Shown piece after piece: positions 16,547 through 24,951 of a DNA stretch of 32,000 nucleotides; the first letter of the stretch is position 1, and the number at the start of each line of letters is the position of its first letter. Under the pieces are notes generated by a model, which was not told the DNA's origin, ran no database searches, and worked only from the letters and a program-made list of their open reading frames with translations. The DNA comes from Erysipelothrix larvae (GTDB lineage: Bacteria; Bacillota_I; Bacilli_A; Erysipelotrichales; Erysipelotrichaceae), in the NCBI RefSeq assembly GCF_001545095.1, contig NZ_CP013213.1, positions 1,800,001-1,832,000 of the forward strand. Reading direction: 5' to 3'. A program made the position numbers and the translations under genes.

Positions 16547-18403
16547 TTATTGACCTGGTAAGGGAATTATAATTCTCTCGGCAATTTCTTTTAAATGAAC
16601 ATATTTTTCAAAGGATTGAGTATTAAAAACCTGACCCAGATTCGTTAGTATACTAATTGCCTCCAATAATAAATTTGTCAGTTCATCTTCACTATACACA
16701 AAAGCTCTTTCCTCAATTGAATCAAACACAACACTTGATTCAACATTCTTATAATTAATTGATTTAAATAGTTTAGGATATAACAATTTTTCTTCTTCAA
16801 ATCTAAAGAGTTCTGTTTTGAAAACATCATAAAACGCACCACATAACCAACTCAACATATTTGGTAGCTCATTATTATGATAGTATTGACTATTCGAATT
16901 CATGATACGTAGAATTGTGTAGAAATCACCTTTATTAAATGTTCTATAGAAGTTTTTCAAATATGAGAAAAGATTTATTGCATAATCAAATTGCGTAGCA
17001 TTAAGACAATAATCGACTAGAAAGTTATTAAATAATGTTAGCTCAGCTACACCTACAAACTGGTCCCGAATAACAAGAAGATCTTCCGCATCAAATACGC
17101 AGTAAATAGAAATGTCGGAGAAGTTTTTGCTACTAAGATAGTAGTTACTTCTTAATTTTGAAATCAAATCTAAATGCGTATCAATTGATGACGATAAAAA
17201 CACACATCTTGCACGTAAACTTACTTGTTCTTTAGCCAAATTAACATTTTTACAAGTTAACTTATAGTACTCACAATTTTCTAAATCTTCGTCAAAGAAC
17301 ATAATCTTAACACATTCAGAAACTAATGTTTTGGTAGAATCGGGTAATACATCAAATACGGATGGATAAGACTGGAAAAATTGAACAAATTTAAACATCC
17401 TACTCTCACGCTTATAGTTTGCAATGACCATAAAACTTATTTCATTGGCATCCTTTTTATCAGAAAAAGATTTAATTGTTTCAGGTTGAAGTTTATTTCG
17501 TAGATACTCATCTTCAATTAACAGATTAGTGTACCTGCTCTTATCTTCTTCAAATAAGTAACATAAAGCAAAATAATTTGCCTCCCTATTAAGTTTGCAA
17601 TCATTATCATCAAGCACAAATGTAAATTTACACAAAGTCTTGAAAAGCTTGTCCTTAATTTTTTGAGTCATCCTTTTGAAGAATTTATCCTCAACAAATT
17701 CTCGAAAGCCTCTTGTATTTAAGCGCTTATAATATTCATTCGTCTCACTTACGAAAAAATTAATTACATCTTTCCCAAGTATAGGATCACGTAAGAACAC
17801 TATTTCAAAAGCCTTACGAATCAAATCTATTGCTGTTTCTTTTGTTATTTCCTTTAAAACAACATTTTCTTCTATAGAGTAGATTGGGTGTGCAGCATAA
17901 TTCCTACATTTTTTTAAGTACATAAGCTCTTCTTTTTCCACATTTGAGAGCAGTTCTGTTTTCTTTGCTATTTCATCAAGTAGAGTTCCTTCCCACTTAG
18001 AACTAGTAATGTTTTTTTTCCTTTCCTCGTCGATACAAAGTAAAATTTCTTTTGCATTATTTATTTTATTATCATTTTTGTTATCATTTTTGTTATCATT
18101 TTTGTCATCATTTTTGTCATCATTTTTGTCATCATTTTTGTCATCATTTTTGTCATCATTTTTGTCATCATTTTTATTATCATTTTTGTTAGCATTTTTG
18201 TTAGCATTTTTATTATCATCATAGACATCACTAAGTATAACAAGTTTTTGAAGCAAATCATAAATTAACGTTGTGTATAAGACTACTACAGTTGCCCTAT
18301 AATTTCCATTATTATAACATGACAATACTTCTTTTAACTTGTCCTTAGTATTCGCATTACTTACATTTTCTATTTCCAAATCAACTTTGAATACACTCAT
18401 CAT
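16547..18403 (-). CDS. large orphan protein with an N-terminal HEPN-like domain (RNxxxH), an internal (N/D)-K tetrapeptide repeat, and about 430 aa I cannot assign
   Basis: 618 aa. AGAGGGGGA lies 5 nt upstream of ATGATG. The helix LKEVLSCYNNGNYRATVVVLYTTLIYDLLQKL is followed downstream by LKKCRNYAAHP, which is the canonical HEPN R-N-x-x-x-H motif. I see no other motif. Confidence 0.6.
   Translation of the reverse strand: MMSVFKVDLEIENVSNANTKDKLKEVLSCYNNGNYRATVVVLYTTLIYDLLQKLVILSDVYDDNKNANKNANKNDNKNDDKNDDKNDDKNDDKNDDKNDDKNDNKNDNKNDNKINNAKEILLCIDEERKKNITSSKWEGTLLDEIAKKTELLSNVEKEELMYLKKCRNYAAHPIYSIEENVVLKEITKETAIDLIRKAFEIVFLRDPILGKDVINFFVSETNEYYKRLNTRGFREFVEDKFFKRMTQKIKDKLFKTLCKFTFVLDDNDCKLNREANYFALCYLFEEDKSRYTNLLIEDEYLRNKLQPETIKSFSDKKDANEISFMVIANYKRESRMFKFVQFFQSYPSVFDVLPDSTKTLVSECVKIMFFDEDLENCEYYKLTCKNVNLAKEQVSLRARCVFLSSSIDTHLDLISKLRSNYYLSSKNFSDISIYCVFDAEDLLVIRDQFVGVAELTLFNNFLVDYCLNATQFDYAINLFSYLKNFYRTFNKGDFYTILRIMNSNSQYYHNNELPNMLSWLCGAFYDVFKTELFRFEEEKLLYPKLFKSINYKNVESSVVFDSIEERAFVYSEDELTNLLLEAISILTNLGQVFNTQSFEKYVHLKEIAERIIIPLPGQ
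18071..18214. repeat. 12 tandem copies of a 12-bp unit (atcatttttgtY) inside the 618-aa ORF
   Basis: There are six perfect atcatttttgtc units, flanked by variants (gtt, att, agc). They encode NANK/NDNK/NDDK tetrapeptides. Confidence 0.9.
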
Positions 18404-18779
18404 ATCCCCCTCTATTACATTACTAAATAAATCTACTAATTCTAATCCAAAAAATAAAAATCAAAGCGAAGATAGATATTCAAAACCAACTCATGAATTT
18501 AGAATATACTGCATTATATATTCATCCAGATAAATGAAATCTAATCGTATATACTAACATTAACGGATTCATTAATCAAAACCCATATAATGTAGTTAAC
18601 TTTAATGCAGTAAAAGAATCTACTATAATCATATTCAATAATGTATTTATAATGTTATCATAACATTTCGTGAAATAGTTAACAATGATGGTTATTGGAA
18701 TATCGCGCAAAAAAGGAGTGGAGATTCAAAAAAATGGAATTATTTGCTATATTTTAAGGATTTTTTTGATATCGTCACA

Positions 18780-19375
18780 AAGTGTGTTTAATTAATGTGT
18801 TTCGTAAAGAAGTTTGATTTGATGATAAAGATTTGAACAAATAAGCATAACCATATCTATCATGTTTTGAACATTTCAAAATCCATAACTCTTTCTTATC
18901 AAAATCTTGAATTTGTTGTTCATTGATTTAATGTGTGCATGTGAGAGCTAATGCCCTACAGTTTTGATGAATGAGTCATAGTGCCTTTTATCTTTTTGTT
19001 TAGAATCACAAATGGAGGAATACAACAACAACTAGCCCATGATAACCATTTCTTTAATTTTGTTTCTACATTCTCAAAATCTGATTTAAACTGTGGCTTA
19101 AATGCTTTTTTGTAAGAAACTCCTTAAACAGTTTTGGATAATCAATTCGTATTGCATCCTTAGTTGATTGTTGTTTTTAGTTTACTTCTCTGGTTTTTAA
19201 TCTAGTGGGTATCCAAGACCTTTGATCTCAATCACTGGCTTCTAATATACAACTTCTCTACCTCTATACCTCCAAATGCATATTCCCACTTCTGATGTTA
19301 TATAAATATTGGACTCATTTCCAACGACAATACACTGCTAAAGTTTACCACATTTAATGTGCAACAAACATGACA
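18780..19375 (-). pseudogene. degenerate second IS21-family element end (istA 5' region with many stops, plus a diverged terminal repeat)
   Basis: 19262-19375 is a diverged homologue of the intact IS end: acctccaaatgcat...cacttctgatgttata.aaata.tggac...aacaaacatgaca compared with 30841-30935. The region upstream of it translates only in broken frames (for example VIEIKGLGYPLD*). Confidence 0.4.
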
Positions 19376-19378
19376 CAT

Positions 19379-19416
19379 AAAAAAACGGCAATTTTTGTTC
19401 GTTTTTGCCGTTTTTT
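19379..19416. terminator. bidirectional hairpin aaaacggcaa/ttgccgtttt with flanking A- and T-runs
   Basis: It has the same stem sequence as the hairpin at 13617-13647. It lies immediately outside the degenerate IS21-like terminus. Confidence 0.5.
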
Positions 19417-19672
19417 ATGAAAGTGACAGTTATCTCAAACTCGTTTTATTGAACTATATTTTCATTAATCTGACGATACTACAATTTCAAGTTTTATTTA
19501 AATTGTGATTTCGCTGTCATAGTGATTTTTGAATTAGTGTGCATTATTTTCTTATGTTAGTGTTAATGCTAAAGTTCTTGCTTTAATATTGCTGGTTCTA
19601 AGATATCAAACTAACAATTGAATCTGTTAGTATATTATTTCTTTTTTTTGTGTTTTGAATTCAATTTTGATT

Positions 19673-20111
19673 TTATGAACGCTGAGCATACATCTGAGAG
19701 AGAGAGATCCCAATGCCTTCCTTATAATTGAACCCAAGGAGCTGCATAGTCTTAAGGGTATCTTTATTGAGTAGTTGTATCAACATTGTTATCAACTGAT
19801 TTGTATCTTCAGTTTGAGGTGCAAAAAAGTTGAGAATTTTAATTAATTGCTCAAGAGTGTTATGTAGGTATTCAATATTCTCATCACTAATCACTACATT
19901 ATCTAATTGCTGTTTATAATCTCTTGCTATCGTAATTAGTTCTTCTTTATCTGTGAGTAAGTTATTAACTATTTCCTATATGTAAGGGATTGATCCTCAA
20001 GATTTTTTTCTGTTTTGCTGTCTCCATTTTTGTACTAACAAAACTAATAGTATTACTAGAAACAACATCAGCAAAAGTAATACCTAATTGAATTAATTGA
20101 TCATCCATCAT
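19673..20111 (-). pseudogene. small hypothetical gene in two frames (48-aa N-terminal ORF plus 73-aa ORF)
   Basis: A strong AGAGGAG ribosome binding site precedes ATGATG at 20111. Frame 1 stops at 19965. The second frame is open from 19975 to 19673 (EIVNNLLTDKEELITIARDY...). I recognise no family. Confidence 0.3.
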
Positions 20112-20906
20112 AAAATCTCCTCTTTTTAGTTGAGTTATAGCAAATAATCTTACCTTATGAAAGTTCAGTGATTAATTTTGGAATTAACCCAATAGTATCT
20201 TATAATTGATCTATTTAGAACATTATGAAAGTCACTGCGAAAAATATGAAAAAACGTATAACTACTGTTATTGGAATTAGAATGAAAGATTATGCATAAA
20301 CTCACGAATAACAACTTTCTTACCTTCTCGTAGAAGAATACTTCAAACCAAGGATAGCATATGTTGAGACACTCTTGAAGTGTTAATGCTTAAAATGATT
20401 GCTAACAAAGCAAGCATAGCTGTACCAACAGCATCTAACTTGAACTATTAGATTCAATTCATAAAAATACGAAATTTAATCAAACAACCCTTATCGGTGA
20501 AATTTTAACTTGTGTTGCAATTTATACAAATAATGGGCAAAGACGGATATGTGATAGATTTCTAAAGCTGTCAATATTAGCTCCTTTCATCACTTTATTT
20601 GAGGACTGCTCCCCTACTTATGTTGAGCATCCAAATCTTTTAGTATTATCATAATACATAGGTTAAAATTTATATCGCACACCAAACATAGAAGAACTAG
20701 AGGCATTGTCGTTAAAGCCACGAAAACAAAAGAGCTACTATTCAGAAAGGAGCTCGAAAACAGAAACTGAACTAGAAGAATAAAAATAGGATTAAGATAT
20801 ACTAAATGTAACTTGATAACATAATTTAATTGAGTTTATGATGGAAAATATAGCAATAATATGCCATAATCAATTTAACCATAAACTTTTTGAGTAGGAG
20901 AGAAAG

Positions 20907-23117
20907 ATGACAACACAAATTGACCTTAAGCTTGTGAATATAGGCCCACATAAAACTATAGACTTTAGTAAAACCCTAAATAATATGAGAATTTCGATAT
21001 ATGCAAGAAATGGTGCAGGAAAAACATTCATCAGCCGATGTTTCAATGTATTTGCAATGAAACTAGAGGACAGAAATGAATATTCAAAAATTCTACTTAG
21101 GTATGGACAACAATCTGGAAATTTCTCATTTAACATTGGAAGTAATAGCGCAAGCTTCCGTTTAAGCAATAATGGAATTGATAATTGTCAAAACCTTTTA
21201 GACCGCAAGTTCCATGTTTTTAACAATGATTATATTATTGAGAACTTCAGCGAAAAAGAGTTTATTCCTAATAGTAATATCGAAGGAATTGTGCTAGGAA
21301 AAGGAAATATTGATCTATCTTCTGAAAAGAGGATGCTCAACTCACTTTTAGATGAGGGAAATTCGCTTAGATCAAAAATAGAAGAAAATATAGTAGAGGC
21401 AAAATCAAATCTTAAAAAGTACAAAATTTCAAACTCTTTAACTAAGTGTAAGGATATAAATTACACTAATATAATTGAATACAAACCAACAGATGTAGAC
21501 TATAGTGTTGAGGTGGGAAAATATTCTGAACTTTCGAGTTTACCTGATGATATCCGTGACTTTAGATTAGATGATAGAATTTCTGATATTGGGATAGAAA
21601 TAAGTGACCTTAAAAATCTGTTGAAAACAAAGTATACTTTGAATAAATTTGAAGCTGATTTTAGGGAATATGTAAAAACAAATTTAAAGTTTATAGAGTT
21701 GGGACTTAAATTACATGAGGGTAACAATTGTCCATTTTGCAAACAGAATCTATCCGACAATGCCTTTCAATTAATTAATCAATATGTTCAATTTGTTAAC
21801 GATGAAGAAACAAAGGTTAACAAAATGTTAATAGCATATTTCGATAAGTTTGAAGAGATAAGAAGACATATTGATGAATATTATCGATATTTAGGAGAGT
21901 TCGAGGAGAGAATCAGATATTACAACCAATTTTTTGGGCCATTTGACTTAACAAGTATTGTTTCACTAAAAACTCATATTGATGAGTGGAAAGACTTAGC
22001 AACTATGATTTTGGAAAGAGTAAAGTCTAAGAAGCAAAATATCACTCTTGATTTTGACAGCACTGACATAACTAATGAGATTATAGATAAATTAGCTAAC
22101 AATATTAAGCAAATTAACATGAGCTTATCTGAATTTAACATAAAAAAGAATAACATAGCAAAACTAAAAACAGAGTATAGAAGATCAATTTGTGAAGGTT
22201 TATTCAATAAACTTCACTCTGAAAACAGGAAACTAATTGATAGAATAGTTGTTCTTCGCAAAAATACCTTTGACCTTAGAAGTTTAATTTTAGAAAAGGA
22301 AAACACGAATCAATCCAATAAAAAAGATTTAGTAGCAAATGACTTAGAAAAATACTTATTTCAATTTTTCAGAGATAAGTACGTTCTAAATAAAGATGAT
22401 TTTACTTTAACATTAAAAGAATATAATATTAATACAAGTTCAAATAAGGCCCTCAGTGAAGGAGAAAAGAGTATACTTGCATTTTGTTATTTTTTAGCAA
22501 GCATTCATGAGGTTGTCAGTGATACTGAAGAGTATAATAAAATAATTCTTGTAATAGATGACCCAGTATCAAGTATGGATATCCAATATACATATCAACT
22601 TGTTGCTTTGCTAAAGAACTATCAAAAAGATATTGAAGGGTTTCAATTGAAGTTTATAATGCTTACTCATAATTTAGAATTTTTTAATATTTTATCAAGA
22701 AACAATTTATCTAAACATAAGTTAATCTTGGAAGATGGATTGGATGAATATAAAAATGAGATTTTAATGCCTTATGATTATCATTTATATGACGTGTGGT
22801 CAGTTGCAAAAGGGAAAAAGCTACCAAGTCATACCACTCCCAATTCTATTAGACATATTATTGAAACAATTGCACAATTTTGCGGTTATGGTGATAAAAG
22901 CTCAAGTTTGTATAATATGATTTGTGAGAAAGAACAACTAAACCAAAATTTAGAAATTTATACATTTATGCAGGACTTATCTCATGGGAACTTTAGATTA
23001 GATACTGCGTACACTTCGGATGTATTAAAAGAAGGAGCTGTCGCAGTTATAAATTACGTCACAAAAGAATTCCCAAAGCAACTGATTCAATTTAGTAATG
23101 AAAGTAATCAAAGCTAA
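20907..23117 (+). CDS. RloC/PrrC-like AAA_13 ABC-type ATPase with a coiled-coil/CxxC zinc hook and a C-terminal anticodon-nuclease-like motif
   Basis: ATPase motifs: Walker A ARNGAGKT, signature LSEGEKS, Walker B/D-loop LVIDDPVSSMD and H-loop LTHN. A long K/E-rich insert between them carries NCPFCKQ. The C-terminus has NSIRHIIETIAQF (R-x3-E) followed 40 residues later by LSHGNF. An AGGAGAG ribosome binding site lies upstream. Confidence 0.7.
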   Translation: MTTQIDLKLVNIGPHKTIDFSKTLNNMRISIYARNGAGKTFISRCFNVFAMKLEDRNEYSKILLRYGQQSGNFSFNIGSNSASFRLSNNGIDNCQNLLDRKFHVFNNDYIIENFSEKEFIPNSNIEGIVLGKGNIDLSSEKRMLNSLLDEGNSLRSKIEENIVEAKSNLKKYKISNSLTKCKDINYTNIIEYKPTDVDYSVEVGKYSELSSLPDDIRDFRLDDRISDIGIEISDLKNLLKTKYTLNKFEADFREYVKTNLKFIELGLKLHEGNNCPFCKQNLSDNAFQLINQYVQFVNDEETKVNKMLIAYFDKFEEIRRHIDEYYRYLGEFEERIRYYNQFFGPFDLTSIVSLKTHIDEWKDLATMILERVKSKKQNITLDFDSTDITNEIIDKLANNIKQINMSLSEFNIKKNNIAKLKTEYRRSICEGLFNKLHSENRKLIDRIVVLRKNTFDLRSLILEKENTNQSNKKDLVANDLEKYLFQFFRDKYVLNKDDFTLTLKEYNINTSSNKALSEGEKSILAFCYFLASIHEVVSDTEEYNKIILVIDDPVSSMDIQYTYQLVALLKNYQKDIEGFQLKFIMLTHNLEFFNILSRNNLSKHKLILEDGLDEYKNEILMPYDYHLYDVWSVAKGKKLPSHTTPNSIRHIIETIAQFCGYGDKSSSLYNMICEKEQLNQNLEIYTFMQDLSHGNFRLDTAYTSDVLKEGAVAVINYVTKEFPKQLIQFSNESNQS

Positions 23118-23629
23118 TAGAATTACTTTTATATCAACTTAGAAGTTTTAATCCCTTTATCTACTTGTATTGACACATATTGTTAATTAGTGTTCCGTAA
23201 TATATTCTGTCTTTTCTAAATATTCAAATCATTTAAATACTTCTATTCTTTTGATAATGAACGTAGATGCTCACATTGTGCCTTCTCCAAATTATTGATG
23301 TATTAATGGAAACGCACCAAAAATACTTATTCCTAATACTTCCGGTTTTCTTTTATTTGAGATTTACTCCTATTTTAATTTTGATTTTCTTCTCGATTCA
23401 ATGCCTTATATGCACTTTCATTTCCAGCAAGTAGATGATATACCAAGCATGAGTTGTACCCATAAATGCTAAACGATAATTACGCCTATCTATTAGTAGA
23501 TTTGATCACTCAAGCCCTATCTATGCATTATGTTCGCGATATAACTTTCATGAAGTTCAAGATAAAGCAACGCAAGGTACTTATTTTGTTGACTTTTTGT
23601 GCTACATTATATTGAACTCGCTAATCTTG

Positions 23630-24516
23630 TAAATGTTAATATAAAAAATAGTTTTTTTATCATATAAGAATGTAGGAAAACCAACATTTTTATATGAGAT
23701 TTTTGTCGCTTTCCTCCTTTTCGATACTTCCCATTTTTTCCTTCATTCGGTATGACGGACCCTTAATATTTATAATATGTGAGTGATGAAGGAGTCGGTC
23801 AAGTAGTGCGTTTGTAAGCGTTAGATTCTGGAATATATCACCCCATTTACTAAAAGGTGTATTTGTCGTTATGATCGTACTATGCTTCTCATATCGCTTA
23901 GCTGTCAATTGAAAAAACAGGTTCGCTGCCTCAGTATCCATTTCTAAATAGCCCAGTTCATCAATGATTAACACCTTATATTTTACAAAGAATTTCAATC
24001 GCGTTTCGAGTCTGTTCTCATAGTTGGCCTTTTTCAGTTGATTAATTAGTTCTTCAAAAGTTATGAAGTATGTTGAGAAGTGCTTAATAGCAGATGCAAT
24101 TCCAATTGCAGTTGCTAGGTGTGTCTTACCTGTTCCTGGTGTCCCAACAAAAATAATATTCTCCTTGTTTTCAATAAATCGAAGCGAAACTAGATCTATA
24201 ATTTGCTTTTTACTAACACTAGGCTGAAAATCAAATTCATAGTCTCTTTCAGTTTTAAGGTATGGAAAATTACTGACCTTCACCCAAGAGGTAATTGCAC
24301 CTTCGTCTCTGAATGACATCTCTTTTTCGCTGAGTTCATAGAGTGCTTGTGCGAATGTCATATCATTTCGATTGACTCTATCGGAATATTCATCGAAATT
24401 CTCAATCATTTTGGTGAGTCCTAAATCTTCTAAGTTGTTAATCAATTTTGCAGTCACTTAATTTGTTCCTTTCGTAAGCCTTTAAATCTTGCTATACTTC
24501 TGTAATCAATGTGCAT
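23630..24516 (-). mobile_element. truncated IS21-family element retaining only istB and about 60 nt of the istA 3' end; boundaries approximate
   Basis: An intact istB-like ORF starts with a GTG that overlaps a TGA (GTGA) closing a 20-codon ORF remnant (MHIDYRSIARFKGLRKEQIK). No istA body lies upstream. Confidence 0.5.
23690..24457 (-). CDS. istB: IstB-like ATP-binding transposition helper (orphan)
   Basis: 255 aa with Walker A GTPGTGKTHLA and Walker B VLIIDELGY. It shows overall similarity to the IstB at 28616-29362. Confidence 0.85.
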   Translation of the reverse strand: MTAKLINNLEDLGLTKMIENFDEYSDRVNRNDMTFAQALYELSEKEMSFRDEGAITSWVKVSNFPYLKTERDYEFDFQPSVSKKQIIDLVSLRFIENKENIIFVGTPGTGKTHLATAIGIASAIKHFSTYFITFEELINQLKKANYENRLETRLKFFVKYKVLIIDELGYLEMDTEAANLFFQLTAKRYEKHSTIITTNTPFSKWGDIFQNLTLTNALLDRLLHHSHIINIKGPSYRMKEKMGSIEKEESDKNLI

Positions 24517-24951
24517 AATTTCACCTATTATTACAGCAAAAAAATGCTGCACTTGGCATTAGTTATGCACAACATAAATTCTAACCTATATACTATGATA
24601 ATATTAAAAATTTTAATTCTCAAGATAAGGCGACGCAAGGTGCTCATTTTGACTTCTGTTTGCAAATTTGACACTATTTTTATATTAGAATAAAAAAAAT
24701 AGCAATTGAAGGCTATGTAAAATGCTATGAATAGTGTAAAATAATTTTATATTAGTCTTTTTGATAGTATATGGTATAAAGAAATTATTGCTTACACACT
24801 AGCATTTTTTCTTTAAGAAGAGGAGTATATTCACGAGAAGCTTGATAGCTTGGGAATTATAAACTATAATTTGAAGGTTGTGTAATGATGACATAAAGAT
24901 AAATGAATATTTTAAGTCACAACGTATGTAAAGAAACGATGAGAGGTATAT

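Noticed and set aside
18059-18222. A regularly spaced short repeat array that could be mistaken for a CRISPR array or minisatellite locus
   Set aside because: The units are 12 bp and contiguous, with no spacers. They lie in frame inside a long ORF and encode NDDK-type tetrapeptides. No cas genes or leader are present.
18009-18261. Track ORFs 18009-18224 (+) and 18061-18261 (-) with repetitive SFLS/MTKM peptides
   Set aside because: These are alternative-frame readings of the same 12-bp tandem repeat. They have no ribosome binding site and lie entirely inside the 618-aa gene.
11651-24700. The idea that the island is a prophage remnant, ICE or integrative island with att sites
   Set aside because: I found no integrase, recombinase, relaxase, or phage structural or replication genes in any frame. 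The only mobility genes are IS transposases, and the flanking repeats are gene duplications of 645 bp rather than short att cores.
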